Shown one piece after another: positions 19,316 to 28,938 of a stretch of DNA of 47,991 nt. The stretch comes from Gemmatimonadota bacterium (GTDB lineage Bacteria > Gemmatimonadota > Gemmatimonadetes > Longimicrobiales > RSA9): positions 1-47,991 of the forward strand of contig JBBDRO010000030.1 in assembly GCA_040905425.1 (NCBI GenBank), read 5' to 3'. Position 1 is the stretch's first letter. Each line of letters starts with the position of its first letter. The notes beneath the pieces were generated by a model. The model was not told the DNA's origin. It saw only the letters and a program-made list of their open reading frames with translations, and did not search any database. A program made the translations under genes and the position numbers.

Positions 19316-20731
19316 CTACGCGATGTCCACCGTGATGTCCCGCCAGCGGCCGCGCCGGAAGACCACCACGCTGAGCACGGCGCGGGTCACGTGCCCGACC
19401 ACGATGGCAAACCAGATATCCGTGGCGCGCAGCCCCACCGTGTACTCCACGACGAAGCAGATGCCGAGCGGCACTACGACCTGTGAGATGATGGAGATGT
19501 AGAGCGGGCTCCTGGTGTCGCCCGTGCCCTGCAGCCCGCCCGTGTAGGTGAGGGCCACGGTGATGAAGAAGCCGGACACGGCCAGGAAGCGGAGCAGCTG
19601 GACGCCGAGCGCCACCGTCACGGCGTCCTCGATGCCGAAGAGGCCCAGCAGCGCGTCCGGGATGAAGAGGAAGAGCAGCCCCACCGCCGTGGCGCCCACC
19701 AGCCCCACCCGCGCCGCCGCGTGCACGGCGCCCGCCGCCCGCTCCGGCTGCGTGGCCCCCAGGTTCTGCCCCGCCACGGCCGCCGCCGCGCCCATGAGCC
19801 CCACCGACGTCCACGTGATGAGGGAGAAAAGCTGCGTGTAGGAGACCGCGAAGGCGGCCTGCGCCTCGGCGCTCTCGGGCAGCGAGCCGATGAAGCGCAG
19901 CAGCAGCACGCCGCCTACGTTCATGGCTATGCCCTGCACGCCCGTGGGCAGGCCGAAGCGGAAGAGCGAGCGGATGATGGTCCAGTCGGGCGCCAGACCG
20001 TGGTGGCGCGGAAAGGACACCACCCAGCCGCCGCGCCACAGGCGACCGAGCGCCCAGATCCCCACGCCCCCGGTGGCCAGCACCGTGCCCATGGCCGCCC
20101 CCGCCGTACCGAACGCCGGGATGGGACCCAGCCCGCGGATCAGGATGACGTTCAGCACCAGGTTCAGCACCGTCACCACCAGCCCCAGCCGCAGCGGCGT
20201 GCGCGCGTCCCCCGCCGAGCGCAGCGCGCCGCCCAGCATGAAGAAGAGCAGCATGCCGAAGCTGAAGACGAACATGATGCGCAGGTAGCCCAGCGCCTCC
20301 GCCTGCACGATCGGCGCGGCGTTCACCACGTTCAGGAGGGAGGGCGCCAGGAAGTAGCCGAGCGGCGCCAGGATGCCCAGTGACATGCCGGCGGCCGTGA
20401 GGAAGGCCTGGTAGACGGTGCGGTCCACCTTGTCCTCCTCCCCCGCACCGGCGAAGCGCGCCACCAGCACACTCATGCCCGTGAAGACGGAGGAGATGAA
20501 GACCACCACCACCAGGAAGATCTGCCAGCTCACGCCGATGGCGGCGTTGCCCTGGTAGCCCACGTAGTGGCCCACCATGGCGTGGTCCACCATGCCCTGC
20601 AGCCCGCCGATGACGTTGTGCAGCATGGTGGGCCAGGCCAGCTTCCAGACGGCCGGCAGCAGCGGCCCCTCCACGATGGAGCGGTCGTAGCGGCTGGCCG
20701 GGCGCGCACCCGGTGCCGGCGCCTCAGCCAC
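19316..20731 (-). CDS. MATE family efflux transporter
   Basis: LAWPTML...VDHAMVG, GDARTPL, GAAMGT and GTGDTRSPL motifs; about 12 TM. Confidence 0.9.
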   Translation of the reverse strand: MAEAPAPGARPASRYDRSIVEGPLLPAVWKLAWPTMLHNVIGGLQGMVDHAMVGHYVGYQGNAAIGVSWQIFLVVVVFISSVFTGMSVLVARFAGAGEEDKVDRTVYQAFLTAAGMSLGILAPLGYFLAPSLLNVVNAAPIVQAEALGYLRIMFVFSFGMLLFFMLGGALRSAGDARTPLRLGLVVTVLNLVLNVILIRGLGPIPAFGTAGAAMGTVLATGGVGIWALGRLWRGGWVVSFPRHHGLAPDWTIIRSLFRFGLPTGVQGIAMNVGGVLLLRFIGSLPESAEAQAAFAVSYTQLFSLITWTSVGLMGAAAAVAGQNLGATQPERAAGAVHAAARVGLVGATAVGLLFLFIPDALLGLFGIEDAVTVALGVQLLRFLAVSGFFITVALTYTGGLQGTGDTRSPLYISIISQVVVPLGICFVVEYTVGLRATDIWFAIVVGHVTRAVLSVVVFRRGRWRDITVDIA

Positions 20732-21185
20732 CCGGGCAGGCAACGCGGCCGTACCGGAAGTCGGCGCTCCGCGCCTGCCCGTTCACCGTCCCCTCGATGC
20801 GGGCGTGCAGGGAGTCCCCCGGGGCGGCGCGGTAGAGGATGCGCTGCGGAAAGTCGTGCTCCGGGTTCTCGAAAGCGACCGTCTCGCCCGCCACCTGCCC
20901 GGCGCGGAAGGTGGCCGGCGCCTGCCCCGAGGGCGCGGCGTGGTACAGCAGCGCGCCGTCGCGCGCCTCGATGCGGAGCGATTCATAGGCCACGGTGGCC
21001 TGGCCGCGGACGGTCCGGCTCATGCCCAGCATGGTTGCGCCGCGGGGGGCCATCCACTGCTCCTCCACCGTGCCGCTGGCGGTGCGGCGCTCCCAGCAGC
21101 CGCTCATGAAGGCCAGGTCCCGGACGGCGGGTTCCTGGGCGGGCAGCAGTAGGGCCAGCAGGGCGGGCCACAGCATGGCGGTCAT
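20724..21185 (-). CDS. Secreted protein, DUF6265-like
   Basis: Signal peptide; LAFMSGCW, EEQWMAP and FENPEHDFPQRILY motifs. Confidence 0.75.
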   Translation of the reverse strand: MTAMLWPALLALLLPAQEPAVRDLAFMSGCWERRTASGTVEEQWMAPRGATMLGMSRTVRGQATVAYESLRIEARDGALLYHAAPSGQAPATFRAGQVAGETVAFENPEHDFPQRILYRAAPGDSLHARIEGTVNGQARSADFRYGRVACPGG

Positions 21186-21204
21186 GGCTGTTTCCGGGAA
21201 ATGG

Positions 21205-21244
21205 AAAAGGCGCCGGGGTGCCGAATGTTAGGCACCCCGGCGCC
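21205..21244 (-). terminator. Rho-independent terminator of the ferritin-like gene
   Basis: 14-bp perfect stem GGCGCCGGGGTGCC/GGCACCCCGGCGCC, 8-nt loop, followed by TTTT on the minus strand. Confidence 0.75.
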
Positions 21245-21289
21245 CGCCGGGCAATGGCGCCGTGACCGACGCCCGCTGCCGCGCGGCCG

Positions 21290-21799
21290 CTACGCCTTGC
21301 CCTCCACCTCGAACTCCCGCAGGAAGCCCTCGAAGAGCCGCAGGTGGCCCTCCTCGTCGTGCAGGATCTGGATCACCATGTCCTGCGTGGCCCAGTCCAC
21401 GCCGTCGCAGACTTCGATCAGCTTGTTGTAGTGCTCGATGGCCCCCTTCTCGGCCTCGATGACGCCCTTGATGACGTGCACGATGTCGGTCTGCTCGTCC
21501 GGCGGCTGCAGGTACTTCTGCTCGGCCTTGAACTCCATGGAACCGGGCACCACGCCCCACAGCTCCTTGATGCGGGAGGCAAACTGCTGGGCGTGGCCCA
21601 GCTCCTCACCCACGTCCGCCTCCAGCGCCTCGATGACCTCCTGCGCCCGCAGCCCGTCCGGATTCACCGAGTTGGTGATGTAGTTCATCACCGTCTCCAT
21701 CTCCATCCAGTAGGACTTCTTCAGCAGCTGGATGATCTGGTCGCGCTTGTCGCGGTTCTCTTCCGAAAGAATCCCGCGGTCTAGTGTCGGCCTGGCCAT
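21290..21799 (-). CDS. Ferritin-like di-iron protein (bacterioferritin/rubrerythrin-like)
   Basis: EMETVMNY, EELGH, EKGAIEHY and DEEGH di-iron ligands; AAGGAGG RBS before ATG 21799. Confidence 0.85.
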   Translation of the reverse strand: MARPTLDRGILSEENRDKRDQIIQLLKKSYWMEMETVMNYITNSVNPDGLRAQEVIEALEADVGEELGHAQQFASRIKELWGVVPGSMEFKAEQKYLQPPDEQTDIVHVIKGVIEAEKGAIEHYNKLIEVCDGVDWATQDMVIQILHDEEGHLRLFEGFLREFEVEGKA

Positions 21800-21906
21800 T
21801 CCCATCCTCCTTGTTGGTCCCGTCTCGTCGTGAAGTCCGACGTGACCTCTCATCGCGCACGGTCGTGCGCCCCCACATCGGCCTTTCCTGTGCGCCGCGG
21901 GGACAT

Positions 21907-21921
21907 GCATGGTTGACGCCA
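21907..21921 (-). promoter_or_regulatory. Putative sigma54 promoter
   Basis: Minus strand TGGCGTCAACCATGC (GG-N10-GC) upstream of the ferritin-like gene. Confidence 0.45.
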
Positions 21922-22017
21922 GCGCGGTGCGCAAGGGGGGGGGCGCACGCGGGAGGGGCGGCCCCGATGGAGCCGCCCCTTGTTTCCCGCAGTCCGGGCG
22001 TCTGCCCCGGCTGGACG

Positions 22018-22322
22018 CTACGACCAGCTCAGATCCACCTTCGACAGCGGCAGTTCCCGCACCCTGTGCCCCGTGGCCGCGAAGATGGCGTTGGTCAGCG
22101 CCGGAATGGCCGGCGGCAGCGCCGGCTCCCCCAGGCCTGTGGGGTCATTGTCGGTGACGCGGAAGAACACCTCCACGGGCGCCGCCTGCGTGAGGCGCAG
22201 GAGCGGGTAGTCGTGGAAGTTGCTCTGCGCCACGCGGCCGCGCTCGATGGTGATCTCCTGGCCCAGAGCGTGGGAGATGCCCTCCAGCACCGCGCCCTGC
22301 GCCTGGTGCTCGGCGTTCAGCG
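22018..22322 (-). pseudogene. Orphan duplicate of the 3' 305 bp of iorB
   Basis: Direct repeat of 24695-24999; 22159-22322 identical, 14 mismatches counted in 22018-22158. Confidence 0.92.
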
Positions 22323-22411
22323 TTAGCTAGCACGCGTGCCCGACTCCTTCCAGGTGAGCGCACTCCCCGCGCTTCCGTTGCCGCGGGCGTCTAGTGGCGC
22401 GAGCTTGGAGC

Positions 22412-23584
22412 ATGTCAGATCGAACCCTGTGCGGGCCCATGTCGTGCGTTGTGTCGAAAGGTGCACTTTCTATGGCCGTCACCGCCCTCGTGGCGGCATG
22501 CGGGAGCGGTGATGTCCGCCCTGACGATGCAGCTGATTCTGTGCCCGAGTGGGTTGTTTCCGACTCAGCCTCCACGACGATCGGCAAGGTCGAGGGGTCG
22601 GCGCCGCAGCTCCTCAACCGGGTAGCGGATGCCACCGAACTTCCGGATGGCACGATTGCCGTCCTGAACGGCGATGATCCGCGAGTACGGATTTTTGATC
22701 GCTCGGGCGAGTACCTCCGCGGCTTTGTATCCACGGGTCAGGGCCCGGGCGAACTCACCCGCGGCGATGGACCACTTCTGGTTCGGGATTCGACACTGCT
22801 GATCGCCGACGGCTACAACCGGCCCATGCACCGGTTCGGGCTTTTCGGGGAATACATCGATCAGCAGAAGCTGATCCTGGGTGGGGGACGATACCCCTGG
22901 ACGGCGTGGTACGAGCCAGGTTTCTTGATCTGGCCCCACCACGCCCTGGGCTTCGAGCCGGCCGTCCGTGAGGTCCTTGGCGGACTTGCCCCGGTCGATT
23001 CGCTATCCTTCCGGCAGGTGCGCGTATCGCAGACGGGCCTCATCTGGATCGGTGCGTTGGGGCGGTCAGGCACAACTTCCGCCTGGTCGGTTCTGGACGC
23101 GACCGGGCAAGTTCTGGGGCGCGTGAGATTGCCGGAAGGATTCGATCTCCTCGAAATGTATGATTCACGCGTTCTTGGTACCTGGCGTGACGTAGATGGC
23201 GTGGAGTTCGTCCGGACGTATGAGTTCGCAGGCGAAATTCCGCCGCACGCCGTGCGACTCGAGGCAGTTGCTCATGAATTGGCGCGTGCCCCGATCCGTC
23301 GCACGGCTACGGATTCGGTACTCGGCAGACTGAGGCAGCTTTCCCGGGACGTGATCCGAGCGCAGGAACTGGCATATCCAGGGAACGGTCTCCGGTATGT
23401 GTCGGATGCCGCGGATCTGGCTATCGAAGTGCCGGATGGTTTCGAACTCCTCATACCTTCTGCAGATGAACGCGGCTTTCGTATGATCCTATCCCATGGA
23501 AGCGGCAGCGCAGCTTGTTTCCTGGCCATTGGGGAGCAGCATGCCTATCCCGGCGTGCCCTCCGGTACCAGCATGTGCTACTGA
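22412..23584 (+). CDS. Lipoprotein with beta-propeller-like region and C-terminal pilin-like domain
   Basis: LVAAC lipobox; RVRIFDRSGEYL...GQGPGEL (NHL/6-bladed propeller-like); DVDGVEFVRTY; C-terminal ..AQELAY...C...C; atypical codon usage; start uncertain (22412/22439/22472). Confidence 0.65.
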   Translation: MSDRTLCGPMSCVVSKGALSMAVTALVAACGSGDVRPDDAADSVPEWVVSDSASTTIGKVEGSAPQLLNRVADATELPDGTIAVLNGDDPRVRIFDRSGEYLRGFVSTGQGPGELTRGDGPLLVRDSTLLIADGYNRPMHRFGLFGEYIDQQKLILGGGRYPWTAWYEPGFLIWPHHALGFEPAVREVLGGLAPVDSLSFRQVRVSQTGLIWIGALGRSGTTSAWSVLDATGQVLGRVRLPEGFDLLEMYDSRVLGTWRDVDGVEFVRTYEFAGEIPPHAVRLEAVAHELARAPIRRTATDSVLGRLRQLSRDVIRAQELAYPGNGLRYVSDAADLAIEVPDGFELLIPSADERGFRMILSHGSGSAACFLAIGEQHAYPGVPSGTSMCY

Positions 23585-23586
23585 GT

Positions 23587-24657
23587 ATGGCCACGAGCTT
23601 TCGTTTACTGGTCGCCCTCCTCTTCTTGCCTGGCGCTGCTGCGGGGCAGATCGCGAGCATCATCGAGGACCCCGTGTCGTGTACCAGTTGCCGAATCGCG
23701 GCGCACGTACTGGCGCGGATCTCGATTCCTGCATCGCATCCTGTCGATCTTGCGCGGCTCCTCTACGTAGCCCGCCGCGGCGATGGTGGCTATGTGGTCC
23801 AGGCCACGTCCGACGGCCGATCGATGGTTCTGGCGGGGCCAACGGGAGTGTTTGAGCGCTTCGTGGACACGCCCCACTGGAATGGCCGACTGGTATCGCG
23901 GACTGACGGCGCCATTCAGATCTTGCTCAGAGGAGAGTCCCGGGTTCTGCGCGGCCAGGAAGTGGGACCGAGCAGCGAGGAACCAGGCGTGGCCTGGAGC
24001 GCGGTCGATCTGGGGGGTGCGTGGGTCTATAACGGGTATCTGGCTGAGGACACAGCGGCTGCGTCGCCGCTTTACATGGTGACTTCGGAAGGCAATGCAA
24101 GGCCGCTCGCGGAACCGTTCAGTGTGCCCGCTTGGAACATCAGCGGGCATCAGGTGCATCGGGGGCTTACCCGCTCCAGCGATGGCGGCTTCTGGACGCT
24201 CGAGCCTACCAGCTACCGCATCGTTGAGTGGAACGAGACGGGGCTCCCCGTGAGGGTTTTCGAGGTGGCGAGTGACTGGCCCGACGATGAGCCCACCGCC
24301 TTCGCCGGTTGGGATACGCCGCCCGCCGCGATCCCTTCATATCTATCGGCCGACCGATCGGGCCTGCTCTGGGTCATCGGACAGCTGCCGGATGCTGCCT
24401 GGCGCCCGCTCGATGTGCCCGATGCGAGGGACCCGCTCCCAGACCCGTCCAGCGTCTACGACAGCATGATCGAAGTCATCGATCCCCGCCGCGGAATAGT
24501 AGTCGCGCGCGGTCGTTACGACCTCCGAGTGCTCGGCTTCGTGGGTGAGCGGGACGTATGGGGGGTGCGCCAGGACGAGAGCGGGCGCACGGTTGTACAG
24601 ATCGTCCGGCTACGCATGACGGATCCCACGGATACGGTCCGATCCCCCGAAAGCTAG
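23587..24657 (+). CDS. Secreted beta-propeller-like hypothetical protein
   Basis: Signal peptide, SCTSCRI motif, DRSGLLWV and YDSMIEVIDP..G.VVAR motifs; atypical codon usage. Confidence 0.65.
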   Translation: MATSFRLLVALLFLPGAAAGQIASIIEDPVSCTSCRIAAHVLARISIPASHPVDLARLLYVARRGDGGYVVQATSDGRSMVLAGPTGVFERFVDTPHWNGRLVSRTDGAIQILLRGESRVLRGQEVGPSSEEPGVAWSAVDLGGAWVYNGYLAEDTAAASPLYMVTSEGNARPLAEPFSVPAWNISGHQVHRGLTRSSDGGFWTLEPTSYRIVEWNETGLPVRVFEVASDWPDDEPTAFAGWDTPPAAIPSYLSADRSGLLWVIGQLPDAAWRPLDVPDARDPLPDPSSVYDSMIEVIDPRRGIVVARGRYDLRVLGFVGERDVWGVRQDESGRTVVQIVRLRMTDPTDTVRSPES

Positions 24658-24694
24658 GCCGGACGTAGCACGGCCATCACCCCCGCCGCCCGAT

Positions 24695-26875
24695 CTACCC
24701 CCAACTCAGATCCACCTTCGACAGCGGCAGCTCCCGCACCCGGTGCCCCGTGGCCGCGAAGATGGCGTTGGTCAGCGCGGGGATGGCCGGCGGCAGCGCC
24801 GGCTCGCCCAGCCCCGTGGGGGAATTGTCCGTGATGCGGAAGAACACCTCCACGGGCGCCGCCTGCGTGAGGCGCAGGAGCGGGTAGTCGTGGAAGTTGC
24901 TCTGCGCCACGCGGCCGCGCTCGATGGTGATCTCCTGGCCCAGAGCGTGGGAGATGCCCTCCAGCACCGCGCCCTGCGCCTGGTGCTCGGCGTTCAGCGG
25001 GTTGATGATCTGGCTGCCCACGTCCCCGGCCACCCAGGCGCGGTCCACGCCCACCTCCCCCGCCTGGCTCACCGTGGCCTGCACCACCACCGCGAAGTAG
25101 CCGCGGTGGCTGTAGTGGAAGGCCACGCCCATGCCGGTGCCGCGGGGTAGCGCCGCGCGGTCGGCCCAGCCGCTCCGCTCCGCCACCATGCGCAGCACAC
25201 CGGCCATGCGCTCGGCGTCCAGCCCCTGCTCCTCACCCGTCTTCGCCAGCAGGTCCAGGCGGAACTGTACCGGGTCGGCGTCCGCCGCCACGGCCAGCTC
25301 GTCGATGAACGACTGCATGACGAAGCACAGCGCGTTGCTCCCTGGCGCGCGCATGGCGCCCGTGGGCACGCCGATGGGAATGACGGAGGTCTCCGTCCGG
25401 AAGGCGGGCACGAAGCCACCCGGGAACTCGCGGCCGCTCATGGTGGAGCTGGGTGCCGACCGCTCGCCGTGCGCGTAGGAGACGAAGTGGTCGTGCCAGG
25501 CCGTCAGCTCGCCCGCCTCGTTCAGCCCGCCGCGCAGGAAGTGGAAGCCGCCCGGCCGGTAGTGGTCGTGGCGGATGTCATCCTCGCGCGTCCACACCAG
25601 CTTCACCGGCGCGTCCACCTCACGGGCGATGCGCGCCGCCTCCACCATGTAGTCGTTGGAGAGGCGCCGCCCGAAGCCGCCGCCGCAGCGCAGCAGGTGG
25701 ATGGTGACCTGCTCCGCATCCACGCCCAGGGTGCCGGTCACCAGCCGCATGCCGCTGTCCGGCGTCTGCGTGGGCGCCCAGATCTCCAGCCGGTCCCCCT
25801 GCCAGTGCGCCGTGCAGTTCTGCGGCTCCAGGGGGGCGTGCGACAGGAACGGATACGCGTAGGCGGCCTCCACGGTCTGCGCTGCACGGGCCAGCGCGGC
25901 GGCCGCGTCCCCGTCGGCGCGGATCTCCCGCTGCCCCGGCCCGGCGGCCAGCCGCTCCGCTTCCGCCGCGAAACCGGCGCTGCTGTGGTCGGCCATGGCC
26001 CCCTCGTCCCACACCACCTCCAGCACGTCGCGCCGCGCCTTCTGGGCGGCCCACCAGTTGCCCGCCACGATGGCCACGCCGGACATGAGGCCGCGCAGGT
26101 CGTCCCCGCCCTCCACCACGAAGGCGTGCCGCACGCCGTCGGCGGCGCGCACGGCGTCCAGGTTGGCGCTCACCACCGTGCCGCCGAAGACCGGGCACTT
26201 CTGGAAGACCGCGTAGAGCATCCCGGGCAGGGTGAAGTCGATGCCGAAGATGGGCGCCCCGGTGACGATGTCCCGGTTGGCCACGTTCCTGACCGGCGTG
26301 CCGATGATGGTGAACTCGTCGGCGCTCTTGAGCGGCACACTGTCCAGCTCGGGCGCCGGTACGGCGGCGGCCGCCTCGGTCAGCTCCCCGTACCGGAGCG
26401 AGCGCCCGCTGGCGCGATGCAGCACGCGGCCCGCCTCGGTCTCGACCTGGTCAAGCGGCACGCCCCACTGCTCGGCGGCCGCGGTGCGCAGCATCAGGCG
26501 CGCGGCCGCGCCCACCCGCCGCATGGGCTCCCAGTTCTGCGGCGTGGCATTGCTGCCGCCCGCGAATTGTCCGTCGAAGCGGCTGTCCAGCCCCGCCTGT
26601 TCCACCGTCACCGACGCCCATGGCACGTCCAGCTCGTCGGCGATGAGCATGGGGAGCATGGTCTGCACACCCTGCCCGATCTCCGGGTTCTTGGCGATGA
26701 TCGTGACGAGATCATCGGGCGTGATGCGGATGAAGGCGTTGGGCTCGAAGTCCACGAGGGAGTCGGCCGCGAGGACGTCGCTTGAAAAGGGCAGGCGGGT
26801 GCCGAGCAGCATGCCACCACCGGCCAGGGCGGTGACGCGCAGGAAGCTTCTCCGGGTGACGGTGGCGGGGCTCAT
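24695..26875 (-). CDS. iorB: Xanthine dehydrogenase family molybdopterin-binding subunit (isoquinoline 1-oxidoreductase beta-like)
   Basis: Tat-like TRRSFL; EIGQG, GGGFGRR, MRAPG and GLGEP motifs. Confidence 0.9.
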   Translation of the reverse strand: MSPATVTRRSFLRVTALAGGGMLLGTRLPFSSDVLAADSLVDFEPNAFIRITPDDLVTIIAKNPEIGQGVQTMLPMLIADELDVPWASVTVEQAGLDSRFDGQFAGGSNATPQNWEPMRRVGAAARLMLRTAAAEQWGVPLDQVETEAGRVLHRASGRSLRYGELTEAAAAVPAPELDSVPLKSADEFTIIGTPVRNVANRDIVTGAPIFGIDFTLPGMLYAVFQKCPVFGGTVVSANLDAVRAADGVRHAFVVEGGDDLRGLMSGVAIVAGNWWAAQKARRDVLEVVWDEGAMADHSSAGFAAEAERLAAGPGQREIRADGDAAAALARAAQTVEAAYAYPFLSHAPLEPQNCTAHWQGDRLEIWAPTQTPDSGMRLVTGTLGVDAEQVTIHLLRCGGGFGRRLSNDYMVEAARIAREVDAPVKLVWTREDDIRHDHYRPGGFHFLRGGLNEAGELTAWHDHFVSYAHGERSAPSSTMSGREFPGGFVPAFRTETSVIPIGVPTGAMRAPGSNALCFVMQSFIDELAVAADADPVQFRLDLLAKTGEEQGLDAERMAGVLRMVAERSGWADRAALPRGTGMGVAFHYSHRGYFAVVVQATVSQAGEVGVDRAWVAGDVGSQIINPLNAEHQAQGAVLEGISHALGQEITIERGRVAQSNFHDYPLLRLTQAAPVEVFFRITDNSPTGLGEPALPPAIPALTNAIFAATGHRVRELPLSKVDLSWG

Positions 26876-27411
26876 CGGGCCACCTCCTCACCCCGTCCAT
26901 TGGTAAGCGACGACGCCGCGCCAGCGCTCGCGTCTCCTCCTCCACGCGCCGGCTCCGCCGCGCTCCCCGCGGCCCGATGGATGGCGGCGCGGATGCGCAG
27001 GTAGGTGGCGCAGCGGCACAGGTTGCCGTTCATGGCCGCGTCGATGTCCGCGTCCGTGGGACGCGGTGTGCGCTCCAGGAGCGCGGCGGCCGACATGAGC
27101 TGGCCTGCCTGGCAGTAACCGCACTGTGGCACGTCCAGCTCCTCCCAGGCGCGCTGCAGCGCGTGCGACGCGTCGGGTGAGAGGCCCTCGACGGTGCGCA
27201 CCTCGGCGCCCGCCACGGCGGAGGCGGGCAGCACGCACGAGCGGGTGGCGGCGCCGTTCAGCTGCACCGTGCACGCGCCGCACTGCGCCATGCCGCAGCC
27301 GAACTTGGTGCCCTTGAGATCCAGGATGTCCCGCAGCACCCAGAGCAGGGGCATGTCGGGAGCCACGTCGACCGTGTGGCGGGTGCCGTTGACCGTGAGG
27401 GTAAGCATCAT
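26872..27411 (-). CDS. iorA: (2Fe-2S)-binding subunit (isoquinoline 1-oxidoreductase alpha-like)
   Basis: [24 protein letters not shown] and NLCRCATY motifs; overlaps the iorB start. Confidence 0.92.
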   Translation of the reverse strand: MMLTLTVNGTRHTVDVAPDMPLLWVLRDILDLKGTKFGCGMAQCGACTVQLNGAATRSCVLPASAVAGAEVRTVEGLSPDASHALQRAWEELDVPQCGYCQAGQLMSAAALLERTPRPTDADIDAAMNGNLCRCATYLRIRAAIHRAAGSAAEPARGGGDASAGAASSLTNGRGEEVAR

Positions 27412-27451
27412 GGTGTGCCGCTCCGCGGGAGGACGGAAAGGAGGATGGTCT

Positions 27452-27480
27452 ATTGTCGGGCGCGGGAGGCTCGGGGTCAA
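27452..27480 (-). promoter_or_regulatory. Putative sigma70 promoter of iorAB
   Basis: TTGACC-N17-GACAAT on the minus strand. Confidence 0.55.
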
Positions 27481-27628
27481 GGATTCTGGCGGGACAGCGG
27501 CGTGCGGCCGCCGCGATTCACCGTCCGAGCAGGTGGCCGCGTGCTCCCCGGGGGCGGGCGGAATGCGGTGTGCGGGTTCCGGCTACCGAGCATCCTGGCC
27601 ACTGACGCGCGGTTTTCGGGAGGAACCC

Positions 27629-28060
27629 ATGAGAAAGATAATCATCCTTGGCTTTTGCGTCGTCACGGCCGGCGCGGCGCTGGCCTGTGAAACCGGCGAG
27701 CAGCCGGTGCCCCCGATCGGGGATGCCGCCGGCACGCTGCCGGCGCCCGAGGACACCGTGGTCGAGAGCCTGCAAGTGCCGGTTCCGGTAACCCTGGACG
27801 AATGGACGATCCGCCTCGAGCGGGACACCCTGGAGGCCGGGACCGTGACGTTCGCGGTGGCCAACGAGGGGGAGTACGAGCACGCCCTGGAGGTGGAAGG
27901 GCAGGGCAACGAGTGGGAAACGGCCGTCATCGCACCGGGCGGCGTCTCCTCGCTGGCGGCCGATCTGGAACCGGGCACCTACGAAGTCTACTGCCCCGTG
28001 CAGGATGACCACGGAGCGCACCAGGAGCTCGGCATGAGGACCACGCTCGTGGTGCGGTAG
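27629..28060 (+). CDS. Cupredoxin-domain lipoprotein
   Basis: GGAGG RBS; ALAC lipobox; N.GEYEH and YCP....HGAH...GM type-1 copper-like ligands. Confidence 0.8.
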   Translation: MRKIIILGFCVVTAGAALACETGEQPVPPIGDAAGTLPAPEDTVVESLQVPVPVTLDEWTIRLERDTLEAGTVTFAVANEGEYEHALEVEGQGNEWETAVIAPGGVSSLAADLEPGTYEVYCPVQDDHGAHQELGMRTTLVVR

Positions 28061-28107
28061 CGGCACCGACCCGCAGCCCGCGCGCGGCACGCTCAGCGGC
28101 CGGAATG

Positions 28108-28154
28108 CGTCCCGAGGCTGGCACGTCCCGAGGCTGGCACGTCCCGAAGCCGGA
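28108..28154. repeat. 16-bp tandem repeat (CGTCCCGAGGCTGGCA) x~3
   Basis: Two exact copies plus a degenerate third, downstream of the HNH gene. Confidence 0.8.
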
Positions 28155-28188
28155 TTGCGTCTCGCGGCCGCCGCGTCCCGCGCATCCG

Positions 28189-28890
28189 CTACTGTCGCAG
28201 CACGCGCATGATCCAGTAGAGGTCGATGCTGCGCTCCGGATGCCGGGCCGCGGCCGTGTGCGCGTCCATCTCCAGACCGAGCGCCAGGTTCTCCTGCCGG
28301 ATGGCACCCGCCCCGTCCGGCACAGCCGGCAGCGCCGGCGCCGGCTCGATCTCCCAGCCGGAAGGGTGATAGAAGCGGAAGCCGGTCTGCCCGTCTCCCG
28401 CCATGCGGAAGCCGCCCTCGTGCAGCGCGCGGTGATGGCGCCGGCAGAGCAGCACCAGGTTGTCCAGCTTCGTCTCCCCGCCGTCCGCCCAATGAATGAC
28501 GTGATGCGCGTTGCAGAAGCGGTTGCCGCAACCCGGGAAGCGGCACCCCCGGTCCCGCCACGCCACCGCCCGGCGGATGGCCGGCGGCACCACGCGGGTG
28601 CGACGGCCCACGTTCAGCACCCTGCCCTCCGCGTCATGCAGCATGAGGAGGGCCGAGGCGTCGCACGCCAGGCGGCGCGCCGTCTCCGGCGGAATGCGGC
28701 CGCTGCCCGCCAGCACCACGTCACCGGCGCCGGGGGCGGCCAGGAAGCGGGCGGGCTCGGGCGCCGCGCCGGGTTCAGCCGCCGCCCCAGGCTCCGCCGC
28801 CGCTCCAGCATCCGGAGATGCGCCGGATGGGGCGCTCGCGGCCGCCTCGGTGAGGAGGCCGTCCAGGACCACCACGTGGAAGTGGAGCAG
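28189..28890 (-). pseudogene. 5'-truncated DUF222/HNH endonuclease
   Basis: ETARRLACDA, GRRTR, RDRGCRFPGC, HHVIHWADGGETKLDNLVLLCRRHH motifs; N-terminal part of DUF222 and an RBS are missing. Confidence 0.8.
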
Positions 28891-28938
28891 GGCTTCCTTA
28901 CGGTGAACGAGCGGCTGGGTGCCGAAGCCCGGGTCGCC

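Noticed and set aside
16758..20039. 1093-aa minus-strand ORF and similar long ORFs (38534-40915, 42640-44781, 13807-15396, 1503-2978)
   Set aside because: Antisense or off-frame shadows of well-supported genes in high-GC DNA; no recognisable motifs
21290..21799. Canonical heme-binding bacterioferritin (bfr)
   Set aside because: Di-iron ligands are present but no Met next to the first ExxH (EELGH), so left as ferritin-like
22322..22328. GTTAGCT at the insert junction as an integron core site
   Set aside because: Imperfect GTTRRRY, no attC inverse core or stem at the end of either cargo gene, and no integrase in the window
22018..24999. iorB repeat pair as a diversity-generating retroelement TR/VR
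   Set aside because: Mismatches are not adenine-specific (G/C, C/T etc., mostly synonymous) and no reverse transcriptase is present
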